64,000 bases of DNA from Nageia nagi (taxonomy: Eukaryota; Plantae; Pinophyta): positions 161,014,001 to 161,078,000 of the forward strand of contig JBITNC010000001.1 of NCBI GenBank assembly GCA_050084985.1, written 5' to 3'. The first letter of the stretch is position 1. Each line of letters starts with the position of its first letter. This document shows positions 12,231 through 25,740 of the stretch, piece by piece. The position numbers and the translations under genes were made by a program. The notes beneath the pieces are model-generated. The model made no database searches and was not told where the DNA came from. It saw only the letters and a program-made list of their open reading frames with translations.

Positions 12231-15200
12231 CATAGTTATGAGATGAGGATTTGGCCAATATTTGTTTGGGACAAAGCTGACAAGATTTGGCGATTCAGCA
12301 ATCATTCGGAAAATTATTCGGCACAAAAACAGACAAATTCAAAACAAAAATTGAGAGTGTAGCATATTTTTTGTATTAAATATTAAAAATACATAATGCT
12401 ACATCAAAATACATAGCAAATGTGCCCTCTTTTTACACTTTCAGTTTGTTGCTGCTATGGATGTTTGTGCCATCATTAGTGCTTCTTCCATGACTTTAAG
12501 TTTTTGGCTCTCAATGAATGCTAAATCATCCTTTGAGAATCTCACTTTGTAATATCCCCAAAACTCACAAAATGCGATTTTGTTAAAGTGTAATATTCCA
12601 AAGTTGAAATATCACTACTTAGGATTTTATATATATTTTTATATTTTTTCTAACTAGCTCAATTCAAATCAGATCTACAAATTGAACAAGAAATAGAGCC
12701 AGAAATGAATTTTATTCTTCAAGAGCTGAGACGTCCCAAATGGACAAGTACAATAGTCAAGGAAAAATACCCAAATGCTCAAGAAGGGGGACGTTTGCCC
12801 TCACAAAGCAGATTTGGACAATCTGGCCCTGCAAGTTCTTCAATCTCTTCTCCCCAATGCTGGACGAGCCTCCTCACACTGATTCGGCTGGTCTGAATCT
12901 AGGACGTGCCTCCTCACACTAATTTGGTAGGTAAGATCTGGATCTGGAATATGGCCGCACTAGCTGGATCTGGATCTGCCCCACTGGCTGGATCTGGATC
13001 AGGGACGGAATAGTTCCACCACACTGGCTCGAACTATTCCAGTAACTCCACCTCACTTGCTCGAGCTACTCTAGCAACTCCACCTCACTGGCTCGAGCTA
13101 CTGTCCTAGCTTAGGTAAGAACTCCTCCATACTGGCTCGAGCTCTCCCACTAAGCTAGCTGGAAAGCTGCAACTCCACTAGCTGCTAACCCCCGGAAAGG
13201 GATAAACTCTGATGATCTTCCAGCATCCCCCAAATGATGCGTCCCATCTCCTTTTATAACAAGATCTCTCATACCTTGGAATCACCCAAAGTGCAACGTC
13301 CCTCTTCTGGTGTCTTGGGATGACAAATTAAATCATCTAGGGACCCAGGAAGCCCAACGTCCCACAATGGTTGCCTAGAGATGCCAAATTACAAGATCAA
13401 TGGCTCATAAATGCAACGTCCCATTATAAGAGACTAATATTGCATTAATTACAAATAATTGAGCCACATTAATTAAATAAAATCCAAGGGTGAGTGCCTC
13501 AAGGGTCTCTTTAGCCTTGGTTACAGAAATAAATGCAAAATATTAATAAAATACTCCTAAATTAATTTATTTTTGGTTTCTCCTCCTTTGCCATGAACGT
13601 CACACTCCAAGAGGAGAGAAAGTGGACGTTTTACAAATTTGGGGACATTACACACTTCTCCTAGTTGTCAAGTTTCACTTTCAAATTTTGTTAGTCATTC
13701 AAAAGAGGGATCAATCTATCCAAATTGATCAATTGGTTCCATCTATTTGTCTATGATGGAGCATGAGATTGTAATGCACATACACCAAATTGGTCAAATG
13801 TTCTTGAGCCAAAATATTGCGCTTTTGAAGTGCATGTGCTTAAATATATTCCACTTGCGCTTGAAACAAATTGAAAAGTTGGGACAAAATTTGGATTGCA
13901 ATTTATTGGAGGAAAGTTGTTTTCACACCAAAGGACTCCCACCTTATAGCTGAAAATAAACAAAACAAAAAATACTAAATTAAAAATCAATTACAATTAA
14001 GAAAACTTGAAACAAAAATAAAAAATAAAATAAATGCTACCTAGATTTTGAATTGTACATGACCTAATGCAAACTACAGTTAAGAAAAGATAGCCCTTAG
14101 CATTCTTGTAGATGTGGAGCTCTCTTCAGATGATATCCATTTTTTGCTCATCTTGGACCATTCTATCAAGGTAAATATAAAGGTCACTGAGAACATCCAC
14201 AAATGTTTCATCTAAAAAATATTTCGCATTTGGATAATAGTCCACAACATGAATGGTTTATGAAGTTGACTTGATCATCTACGGTCAATCAACTACCAAA
14301 AAGGATGATACTTGGCCTCTATGTTATTGTAATGTCCTACAATGACCTCCTTGTCCATGGCTTCATCATATAAATAACCCATTGGTGATTTGTCTTGAGA
14401 TTCAACAATGCTAAACTTTTACCAATAGTTCATATACTTGACCTTCTAAAAAGATTTTAAAATTTTGAAATCATCAACCACTACAATATGGTTGACTTAA
14501 TCTGAAGTCTTCCAAAAAGCTTATCAAATGTTATGTTTGCAACAAGCAAGGCTTCATCTGTAGTAGAAAAAGTGTAGTATGTTCATTCCTGGCGAACAAG
14601 CACCCTCTTTAACCTTACCCTTTTGGAATTAAGACTCTACAATGTAAGGAAGGGGTAGCAAACAATATGACACCAAGTCAAACAATCTTCCTCCCATCCA
14701 TATGCTAGCTCAATAAGTGGAGAACCCACAATTGATTGTAGATGAATTTTGTAATTCTTCTTTCATTGTTCACCACCTCTTTGACCCAACATATGTTTTT
14801 CATATCCTCCAATATAAGGGCAATGCAATGGGTTATAGGGGAAGTAAAAAAATGGAAAAAAAACCTCTCTTCAAGAAATTTCCATGAACTACTACAAGGA
14901 ACAAATAACAAAGAATGAACTAGCAGCAAATTGTGTGTATCAAATAGAATTAGTTATAGAAGCATGTCGATACCTAAGCCTAATGCTACTATGAGTAGCA
15001 CTAGGTACAGAATATGGATTGGCAAAAGTATCACCCTTTTCTACCTTTGATTTCAGGTTTTGCTCCTCAAGACAACTCTCAAGATAGGTGCTCATCTCTC
15101 ACAATACCACTAGTTACACGCTAGGGCATATCTCCACACCCTTGCTTGAAATACGGGCAAGATGGTATTTTACGTGGTTGCCCCCACCACATATTACTTT

Positions 15201-15706
15201 GCCATAATAGTTGCATTCCATTGCCCAACCACCACCTTGTAGTGTTTCCATCCAAGGTCTCTTTGTATGCTCATTTGCTCTACTTAAACTGAAAACTACA
15301 TCAAAACACAACCCTACAAAATACAAAAACACAACCCTACAAGAAGAAAAATGCAATCCTAAAAAAGAAAAACACAACCAGAAAACAGAAAGACTTACCT
15401 TTATCAAAATAACAGTTGTTAACAAAGGCTGTTGGCTTAGAATCTTGATTTTGATGCTGCTACAATCCCAAATTTCTCTTATGCTCTCAACTCTACATTT
15501 TTTGGTCTCCTAATGCTTGCTTTGCTTTGATTTGGAAGTGAAATGAAAAAAAAAAAATACTTTATGCATACCTTGTCCCTGTTTTTCAAGTGGAGGCCGA
15601 ATAATTTGTGCGGGGTGCGCAAACCACCAATTATTCATCAAAATGTCAAATAATTCAATGATTCTACTTTTACCATTCACCATCCCCAGTAGTTCATGTA
15701 ACACTG
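12231..15706 (-). mobile_element. Degraded hAT DNA transposon (BED finger, DUF659-type core, dimerisation domain), interrupted by a solo LTR
   Basis: Minus-strand remnants: CNYYGKVICGGGNHVKYHLARI...GVEICP (BED finger, ~15120-15260); FTSPITHCIALILEDM (cf. WTPCAAHCIDLxLED, ~14800-14860); dimerisation-like region ~13750-13950. Candidate termini catagtt (12231) and aacactg (15706) are approximate. Confidence 0.72.
12548..13652 (-). mobile_element. Solo LTR, 1105 bp, TSD CACTT
   Basis: cactt|TGTAATATCCCCA...TGGGGACATTACA|cactt; near-perfect 13-bp terminal inverted repeat; related to 16360-17223 in opposite orientation (absolute strand inferred). Confidence 0.92.
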
Positions 15707-15719
15707 GTTGTATAGTCCT

Positions 15720-18700
15720 CCTTTTCTTGGTGAATACACTGTGTATGACTACATACATATCATATGAGCAGATTCCCTTGAAATTGATTTGTTAAATTGA
15801 AGCTAGATAATTTATTGCAGGTTTATGGCATTAGAATTTGAGGATCGGTTCACCCTAGAGGTCAAGAATATGGGTGGTGCCCCTATGTATGCCCAAGGAG
15901 ATTATCCGATTAGAGACAGCCACACACAATAGTGTGCAGTTGCAGGATAAATTCAAAACTAGCTGGCAACATGAACCGCTCAGGTCAAAGCCAGAACATG
16001 CCCTTGTTGACACTTCTTTATTATGCTTGATCCTACAAGAATGACTACAACTATAAGATTCGTAGGGAAAATAGAGAGAACAATTACAATATTTGTTGTA
16101 TTTCTAATGTATTATATCCTTTATAAAATTTTAGTTCAAGTTCAAAATTAGGCAAGAAGCTTGTCTTCTTTTATCATCCTTAATATATCAATTTATTCTG
16201 CAAACATTTACATTATATGCATCAAAAAATGCGAGTGCCTTGCTATTTTGATTAAGAACTTTATAATCATCTTTGAAAGAAGTATCTTTTAGTGATCACT
16301 TATCACCTTATCATTGTTCTTGTCAAATTGACTTCCAGAGATTCAGATTAGTCAGTTTCTGTAATGTCCTCAATTTTGGCATCTCACTCATACTTGCCAC
16401 TTGGAGTGTGACATTCCTCTTCATTGAGTTAAGCACTTAGTTCATCTTTATTGTGATGTTAGCACTTAGTTCCTCTTTATTGTGATTTTCGAGAACTTAG
16501 AAACATTTAGGAGTTATTTTAATATTTTTAGCATTGTCACATGCCATTTTGATGTAAAATTTTATACTTTGTGCTCCCAAGAAGGGCGCTGCATGTGGGG
16601 TTATATTTTGCATGTTCTTGGCAAGTTGAGTCGGCCAAGTCATATTTGTAATTTGTATTTTCAAGTCAAAACAGGTCGGCCATGTTGGAGATGATGTTGC
16701 ATGATGTTTGATCACCTATAAATGCAAGAGGAGTGCACCACTCCTAGACATGCTTGGAGAACTTCAATCTTTGATCTTTCAAGTTAGGGTTGTGTCCTTC
16801 TCATCCTTCTAAGGTCCAAGGATGTGCCTGAAACCTTCGGAGTTGCATTGGAGCATCTTGAAGACTCCATTCTTCATCACTTTGGATTGCAGCAACTTGG
16901 AGGAACATTCCCAGCCCTAGAGCACTTCACCACTTTCAGCATGTTTTGATGATGATATTGTATGATTTGGTGGACATATTCACCCATTTGCCCTCCAAGA
17001 GGGTACGTCCATGTTTGGGCATTTTACCTTGCATCTTTCGTGGTTGATTTGAGTTGTGCCACTGTTGCAATTATTTTGTAATAATGCTATGATGAAGCGT
17101 GCCATTTTTGAGGGTTTGAATGTTAATTTTGAAATAAATTGCAGATCTGAATATGCATGGCTAAATCTGATTTGTAAGCTAAAAATTGCTATTCAGCCTA
17201 TAATTCTGATTTGGGATATTACAGTTTCTTCTTCACAGATATCATGACATGTCCCCTTTGCCCTTCCCTTCACAAATTGCAAGACCAAATTCTATGCTAG
17301 TCAAGGGTTCATTGTTCACCACTTCTTGAAAGAGTTTATGCATAGCAGAGCATTATAGCATTGATCAAGTTTATGCATGAATGAGTGAATGTTGTACCTC
17401 TTATACCAAGTCTTTCTTTACTTCATCATAGCAAGAGTATTTTTACACTTCTAAAACGATAAATACAGAGGAAAGTTCATGTTGAATTTGAAGCAGAATA
17501 TTGATATTTTATATTAAGTCTGCTTAAATTTACTTCAATCAGAAGTCATGTTACAAGTGTTAAAAATTTGATAATGAAAAGTTCTGTTGGTTTAATGTAA
17601 TTCACATGCATTAGCCAATACTCTCATAAGATTACATATGATGCTATAAGCATGCATGTCCAAACTTACAATATTGGCTGATTAGATTGCATTGCTGAAT
17701 GTATACTTTTCATGATGTATACCTAATATGGTGTGTGTTTGTCTTCTTAATGGGATAGGGATTCGAGATTCCAAACAGATACATGATGACTCATCAGGAA
17801 GGATAGTCATATCTACCATTGCATGAAGAAAGCAAAATCTTATGGGTTACCACAGTTTAAGCAATGAGGTTGATAAATGAAAGCATGAGGTAATGTTAAT
17901 CCGAAGCTAAAGAAACAAAATTCATGGGAACCTAAAATGCATGTTGGATAAGGGGGTAAAAAACAATCAAATGAGCTTATCAAAAAGTTCCAACAACAAA
18001 GTTTACCAAAGATGAAGGTATAACACAAAATTCAGTTGTTGCCCAATTAACCCTTGACTATCATAGCATTATCTCATCATGTATTTTGGGTTTCGAAGAG
18101 GCAAAGAGACAGCTGCAGGAGCTCATAGAGCAAGCAATCTTTTAACCAAAAACATTTCCGAGTGGTTCACCTAGTGTGTTGGTTCCCAAGGAAGACGGGG
18201 CAAGGAGAATGTGCATTGTCTACAGAATTCTTGGTAAAATCAATATCTCAAGAGGTATCGTCTTCCATAAAGTGTTCATATGTCCAATCTGTTGCAAGTT
18301 GCCGATAACTTTATTAAATTGAAATAAAGCCAGATTAGTGTATCAAGTTCGCATGAAAATGGAAGACATTTAGAAGACAATAATCAAATCCAGGCTTCTA
18401 TGAGAAACCAGTATTGCCCTGCCGCATTCATGAGCTCAATGAATGAGCTCAGTGAATTACATTCTCCAACCATTAATTTAATCGTCCGTGATTGAGTAAT
18501 TGGATAACATGAGAGGAGCATGTGAATCATCTTCAAGAATTTGAGCTTTGTTAATGAATACCCTGCCACCTAATTTGGAGAAATGTGAATTTGAAAGGCA
18601 ATTGTTGGCATGCTTGGTCTTTGCAGTTAGTGTAAAAGATAAGTGGATAGATAAGGCCAGACAAAGACTGCCATGAGGTGGCAAATACCTTCTTATATGA

Positions 18701-19300
18701 GTGTGGTAAGGAGTTTTCTTGCTGCCAGCCTGCTACTCAACATCTTTGCAACTTCATTGCATTTTTCTCAAAAATTATAGCTCCATTAGATGCTCTGACA
18801 GCAGTAAAAACAATCATTTGATGTAAGACAAAATGAATCCTAATCAGTGAATTAAAACAAAAAATCAGCAATGCTCTAGTTTCGGAATCACCAGCCATTC
18901 AGCAACCCTTTCAGATTGAGACAAAGGCATCAGGATAAGATGATGGAAGCTGTTTTGATGCAAAGACAAAGATCAATATGTGCTTGGAAAAAATCCTTTC
19001 CAATACAGCACTAAACCATCCTGCATACCATAAAATTGTTTGTGTTGATATATGTACGGAATAGCATACCCACACTTGATTGGTAATGAAATCATAACTC
19101 ACATAAAATATTTACCTTCAAAATATTTCCAAATATAATGCAAGTTAGAGCACTCCCATTAATTCAAATAGATAGGGAATTTGCAACACTTTCACATGTG
19201 GTGATCAACTACAAAAATTAAGACATTATCAATGAGATAGTCATAATCCTTCCTCACCCTCCTGTACAGAATTGCAGCCATAGGCACCACCATGGAGCTA
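15720..19300 (+). mobile_element. Highly degraded Ty3/gypsy internal region (gag/PR/RT/RH remnants)
   Basis: At ~18110-18240 reads LQELIEQ...SPSVLVPKEDGARRMCIVYRILGK (cf. RT start SPVVLVPKKDGxWRMCIDYRALNK); RH-like QQPFQIETKASG at ~18900; boundaries approximate. Confidence 0.6.
16360..17223 (+). mobile_element. Solo LTR, 864 bp, TSD GTTTC
   Basis: gtttc|TGTAATGTCC...GGGATATTACA|gtttc; TATA-like cctataaat at ~16715. Confidence 0.92.
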
Positions 19301-19724
19301 GAAAGAAAGAATGCAAGAAATTATACTAATGTCCAGAAGTGACATAAGTATGTGAATTCACAAATACATTCTAACACACTAGCATGGTGGTGTGAAAAGA
19401 AAGACCCCTACAAGCTATGAATTACAAGTCAGAAATACAAAATCATGCCACCATGTACCACATCACATAATGCAAGTATAGTAGCATAGTACAAATGTAG
19501 AGCACCCTGTTGAGAAATTGAATCATTTTGAAAGATTAGAAACATAATTATACTCAAAAATTAAAATAGCTCGGTAGCCAACATTCTCTCCAATTAACAG
19601 TAAAAATGGGGGCCTTATTATGTACCAAGTTTACTGATCATACAAGGTGTAATGCTCATGAATTCACACATGAATAATAGAAATCTAATATATATATTTA
19701 ATGCAACAAGGAATCTATGTTGAT

Positions 19725-19962
19725 GGGGACTTGGTTAAATGACTGAGACACTTTGGCATTTTAGGCCCCACCAAGGTTCAAACCATGGCACCACCAACCT
19801 TCGAGGCTGTTGGGCCTTCCTAGTGATATTGGTAGTAGCGACATACCCCTTTGGCCATGTTTGTGACTATGCTAATGCTGGATTTACTTATAGACTTATA
19901 GTAATAAAGCCATGAAACAACAAATTATATTCCATCCCCTCATTTATCAAGCAAATGAAAAA
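19725..19962 (+). mobile_element. Putative tRNA-derived SINE
   Basis: Box A-like tggttaaatga (~19732) and box B ggttcaaacc (19775-19784) at tRNA-like spacing; ends in ttatcaagcaaatgaaaaa. Confidence 0.5.
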
Positions 19963-20039
19963 TGAGACAAATCAACTACATAAAAATAGTCATTTAGACT
20001 GAGATGCCATTGTACTAATGTACTAAATCAGAAACTAGT

Positions 20040-21470
20040 CCAAAGACATCATGGGTGAAGAAAATGGTTGCAGAGCCTAGAGACTTGTAAATGTTTATTT
20101 GCAATAGTCACACTTCATTAGTCCTTTTTTGCTCCTTCTTAAATAAAGAGTTTATCAAACCTGCTAAGACAAGATATGCCACATATTTCCTTCTATTAGA
20201 GAGGATGCTTGAGGTGGAGCATGCATTGCAAAACATGGTAGTGACACAAGAATGCAGGAGGTGGCCAGAATCTCAAACAGATAAAGGAAAAAGACTTAGA
20301 GACAAAGTCTTGGATAATCATTGGTGGGATGATGTCAGGTAATTAAAGTTTCACTTTGTAGTTTTAATTTTAAATTTTTTATTATTGATTGTTTCAATGT
20401 TTATGCAATATGTAGTTTTTTAACTTTCTTTCTTCAATCCTTGTAGGTACCTTGTATCTTTCATTAATTCTGTCCATGTTGTCATAAGGTATGCTGATAC
20501 AGATTCTCCCAATTTAGGAGAGATATATGACACTATTGACAGCATGCTTGAGGAAATCAAAAGGATTATTTGTGCTAAAGATCCTTCATTTTATGAAGAG
20601 CACATCAAACCCATTATAGTGAAGAGGTAACCGTAAATGTGTAACAAATGTTGATTGTTGAAACTTGATTGAAGTTTTAATTTGGATTGTTTTTAACTTT
20701 TTTAAATTAACTTTTTGATTTCTTGTAGGTGGGATAAGATGAACACCCCTCTTCATATGGCTGCCCATGCATTGAATCCAAAATGGTATGTAGCCAAGGA
20801 TAGGAAAAAAGCACCTAATAATGATCAAGAAGTGAAAGACGGGTTTAGGAAGTTCATTAGTAAGGTGTATACATCGGAAAATAGTGCCATTATTAGATCA
20901 AAATTCATGCAATTTGTGAGACTCAGGGGTCCTCGATTTAGCATACCAAAGTGCGAAGAGGATAGGGCTACCCTTGCCCAAATAGATCCCATTGGATGGT
21001 AAGATCTATATGGGGATGATGCTCCACATTTCAAGCAACTTGCAGTCAGGCTCCTTTTTGAGGTTGGTAGATGAAGTTCCTATTGATATAAAGTATTTGA
21101 AATTTAAATAATTGTTTCTAAATTAAAATTTCTAATTATAAATTAATCAAATACTTTTGTAGGTTGGTAGTTCATTTGCTGCAAAGAGGAATTGGTCCAC
21201 CCAACAACATGAGCAGGAACAGGCTTACCCCTAAGAGAGAAGAGAAGCTAGTAGCAGTGCATAGCTATCTTCGCCTTAAAGAGAGAGTTAAGCCTGAGTA
21301 CAAGGCTAGTCTAGTTGCATGATGGGATATTGATCCTGTGGAGGTAGCTAATCTTGAGGTTGATGATGATGTGCAAGGGTTGGTAGGATTGCTATTGGAG
21401 GATGTCCACTTGAATGATGAGGGTAGCTCATCAGATAGCCTTCCTGATGAAGAGGATGATATTGATTACA
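20040..21470 (+). pseudogene. hAT transposase 3' half with three spliceosomal introns (20339-20446, 20627-20728, 21063-21162)
   Basis: Spliced reading: KPAKTRYATYFLLLERMLEV...WWDDVR|YLVSFI...IRYADTDSPNLGEIYD...IVKR|WDKMNTPLHMAAHALNPKWY...LAVRLLFE|VGSSFAAKRNWST...RNRLTP; GT-AG introns keep frame; TAA at 21000-21002; subterminal-type repeats at ~21790-21850. Confidence 0.88.
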
Positions 21471-21852
21471 AACAAGATTTATTAGTAGCACATGAGCCCT
21501 TGGAGCCATAGTTTGATAGTTGTGATTTTGGCATTTTGCATTTTGCAGCCTACTACTATGACTTTTGAGTATTTTTTATTTGAGATTTCATATCTATCCT
21601 AATGTACTAGACTGATTCCAATTTCTGATTTAATGATATTATGGTGTTATGATCATTGATTATGGCTCATTTTGATATTATGCTTCAATATTTCATATGA
21701 TTGAATCGATAATATTATAATAATAATGAATTAGAAACAATCACATTTAAAAAATCTGAAAATTCCAAGATTTTTACTAGTATTATACTAGTTGCTCCCC
21801 CTGTTGTTTCCCCCTAAAAATGACCTCAATCGTTCCCATCAGTCCCACACTC

Positions 21853-22107
21853 TGTTGTTTCCGACACATAATGAATCCTTGCTTTGAACGTATTGGAACA
21901 AGTTGTTCTCTACCCCAAGGGTAGTTGTGTTGATGATTCCTATGTTAGAAATCCACTGACACTCTACAAAGATCCTCACGCCTTCAAGGATGCAAAGAGA
22001 AGGTTCCCCCACTACAACCTAGTTCCAGTTCCTCTTCTTCTTCCTCATATGAATAAGATCTTGAAGAGTTAGGCTCCTCTGATGAAGAAGGCTCCCATGA
22101 TGAAGAG
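21853..22107 (-). mobile_element. Short LTR 3'-end fragment
   Basis: Reverse complement ends ...ggaaacaaCA and contains ccttggggtagaga, also present near the end of unit 6817-10188 (~10071). Confidence 0.4.
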
Positions 22108-25100
22108 TGTAATGTCCCCAATTTTGCGAAACTTTGTTAAAGGCATAACTTCTGTCACATGTCTTGGATCACTGATTTGTCTTTTAGAATGGATGAAGAA
22201 TATTTTGCCAATCATTTTGATAGGTCACACGACATGGTTCCGTCAAGAAATGAGGAAGATATGGACTTTTTAAGTTTGCCAAATAAACTAGGAGTCTAAT
22301 ATCGCGGCTAAGGAAAAATCGGCTAGAAGAAAGTTATTTTATTCTAAGTCAGCCAAGAGTTCAATTATTGGTAATTTCAAGGTAAAAGCACCTATAAAAG
22401 TAGGAAAGATTCACCACTTGAAGAACATCATAATTTGGCATTTGATCATGGATCATCTTGGAGTTGGGGTTGCTCCTTCTCTTTCTTCTAAAGACTAGAG
22501 TTGCTCCTGAGCCTAGAAGTGGTATATTCGCAATTACATTCACTTGGAGAGCTTGTGCCAACCTTGGAAGACCTTCTAGCCCTTGCGTTAGGATATTGGA
22601 GCCATCTTGAGACTTGCACCAGCCTTGGGATCCATCTTGGGTCTTGTGCCAACTTTTAGGAGTCTTGGTTGAGCATTTTGGAGTCTTGGGATTTGCCCTA
22701 GAAGTTGTTACAGCCCTATACATATTCTTGGTCATTATTATTGATATTCAGCTCTTATATTGCTTTCATATTGCTCATCAAATGTAAATGAATGTTCTTC
22801 TACTGTTGCTGTACTATTATCATTCGTTGTGCATGGGATGGATGCGGATTAGAGTATTTTGGATGAATATTACTGTTATTTTACAGATCTTCAATTGTGC
22901 CCTAGTTTGGTTGCTTTCACATGTTGTATGAGCTTCTTCACTGCCATATATCAGATCTGGTTATAGTTATTATAATTCAATATTGAGAGCACTATTGGAT
23001 GGTGAATAAGCATTTACTATTGTGCCCTAATTTGTGAATGAATGTGAAATTAGTTGAGGAATTGTGCATGTTTAGCATAAGCCCTAGAAGGGTACATTAC
23101 AAAGAGAACCAAGGTGAAGAGGGCCATAACGAGGAAGATGATGATGGAGAGGAGAGCTATGAAGATGATGATGATGTTGATCCCCAAGATGATGAATTGT
23201 ACCTTGCACAAGAAGAGAATGTAGCTATAGGTGCTTCAGCACCTAATGATACAGAGAATGATACTCTCCCAAATTATGATTTGTTTGTTGATGTAGAAAA
23301 GATTGATGAAGATGTCCAAATTGTTGGAGTAAAGTGCACCAAAAAGGTGGGCACATCTAGAGCTCCTCCTATAGACTATCGAAAGAAGTCACCCCCATCT
23401 TCCCAAAAGACCTCGTCTATGAGGACTAGCCATGAGAGATCTCCTCAACCCCGCAGAAAAGTTCAATCATTAGGAGGAGATGGTGGAGATGAAGAGGATG
23501 AAGGTGATATAGAAGAGCAAAAGAAAAAGAGTTGGATGAACACCATGGCAAAGAAGTTTCCATCATACAAACTACTCCCACAAAAGAAGTCAACAAGAAG
23601 GTGAGCAAAAGCCAAATGTTGGTGCAGAGGCTCCCTCCTAAACCAACTATCGAACACCTCGATCTTAACTTGGATGTATGCCTAAGAGCTTTAAGCATGA
23701 GCATAGCTCATGATGAGAATATTGATCCAACTTTGAGGTCCAAAGATGAAGAAGAAGAGCTCTCCAATGGTGAGAAAGTGTGAAGAGTGGATACCTATAT
23801 TTCCACAAACAGGATGGAGATCTTTGTTAGTCATTGTTACTCCAAGGAGAAGCACCCAAAGGGAACTGAAGATTGTTTGATTGAAAATTTCAAGATGCCC
23901 GCTAAGCTAGGGTTATCAGCAAGGAAACATATTGTTATACAAAACACAGCAGTTATGGAGCAAGAGGGCTATGAGGCCAAACAAGAGATAAGAAGGTTGA
24001 AGAAGGAGCTCACTACCAGCAGGAAGATGATAAAAGAATTCCAGGCTATAAGTATGACCCCTGTTGAGCTCAAAACACAAGCTTCATTTCATGTAGGTTG
24101 AAAGTTGATGAAAGATTCCCTGTAGAAGGAGACGATGGAGACTATTGAGAAGCTCACTTCTCGAATTTATGGGCTTATCGAGGAAGGAGCTAAGCTGAGA
24201 GAGTTGAAGACTCAAATATCCTCTCTTCTCGAACAATTGGATGGTCATCTCCCCACTGTCACCAACCTTCAAAGGATATTTGTTGATAGACCAGAGAAGT
24301 TGGTCTACTACGATGAGTTTATGTACCAACACAACTAGTTGAAGCATGCCTTGGATAAATGCCAAGGGTGCTCAAAGCTAGGGTGCCCCTGAAAAAGGAC
24401 GTAGAGGAACAGATGACCCATACATGTATCAGTTGAAGTTTCAAGGGAAGAATGGTAACGTACGCAAAAAGGAGTCAATCTTTGTAGAGGCGCAGAATCT
24501 AATACAAGAGCATCTTGAGGTTGAAGACCTCAATCTTCTAAAGGCAAGCAAGCCCATTCATCATGAGAGGCAGATGGTCATTTGGAGATTTCAGATGCAA
24601 GCTACATCCTGATAGATAGAGGGGTTTTACAAAGAAAATGGCAACATCATAGGCATGCTCTCTAGAGGAGTAAGGAAGACCTTAGCTTTTCTGGAGGAAA
24701 CCATGGAATTATATAGTCTCACCGATGAAAAGTGGAACTTCACGAGTGTTGAATCAAATCTACCCTAGATTAGATTCGCTTGCAGATTATGTCTACAACA
24801 GCATTTTCAGTTTTAAATGCATATTTTAAATGATTCTCAACTTCACTTACTTGATTTGACTGGTATAGGGATGAGTTTTTGCTCCTGCAGGATCAAATTG
24901 TCAAACTTCATTTATTAGATCTGATTGGTGCAAGGATGAGGTTTTGCTTCCGTCGATTCAATTGTCAGAACTTTATTTCATATCTGATTTTATTTTGCAT
25001 TGGTTAGAGATAGATTGGATGTTTTGTGGATGTGGCATTTATGTTTTGTTAATTTCTAAATGACACTTGCATAGATAAATGTGATGTAATCTGATTTTGC

Positions 25101-25740
25101 ATAGATATGTGTGTTGCGTGTGAGCATACCATATCTGATTTTATACCTTGAGGGCAATGTTGCATTTATTGCAGCCACTTTTGTGACTTATATGTATCCC
25201 ACTTTGGTCATTTAAAAGGGGATTTTTGCTATTGAAAGAAAGGAATGCTCATGTTATGCCGTTAAAAATACTTTGCAAAATGGATTTCTTTTTGGAGTAG
25301 TGCTTTGAAGAATGTTGTGAATCTTTTATTTGTGGAATCATGCATGTTATCTTGTAAGAATTTCTTGCCAATTTGAATAGTTTTTGCTGCTTAAGTGCAT
25401 TCTCTTTGAAAACTACGAGTTTTAAGAGGAGATAGTTGAATATTTTGTGAAGTGGTTTGAATTATTCATTGCATGATTCACACATAAGTGTATGTATTAT
25501 GAGGCGAAAAGCTTATCTCTATGTCATTCAGATAGAATATGCATTCACATGTTGGTCATTTCCCTTCATCTTCATTTTCATTGAGTCTTCCATCATAGAC
25601 CCAACAGCTTCATGCTCTCATCCAGTAGCAAATTGAGCTTTGCTATTTGTTGCTAGGCTCAATAAGTGAATACAATTTTATTAAGGAATCCAAGGATGAC
25701 CTGCTAAGACACTACATCATTGGTGATTGCTTCATATGCT
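22108..25740 (+). mobile_element. LTR-like unit (family Y) carrying a degenerate sense ORF (~23038-24720); 3' end not found
   Basis: Starts TGTAATGTCCCC; 5' 620 bp match 2856-2266; ORF pieces 23038-23604 (acidic), 23532-23783, 23787-24101, 24135-24338, 24424-24612 (partly coiled-coil-like); 24770-25735 is similar to 8840-9815. Confidence 0.7.

Noticed and set aside
23038-23604. 188-aa acidic ORF as an independent host gene
   Set aside because: Lies within a repeated LTR-like unit and is followed by frameshifted continuation pieces; treated as TE cargo.
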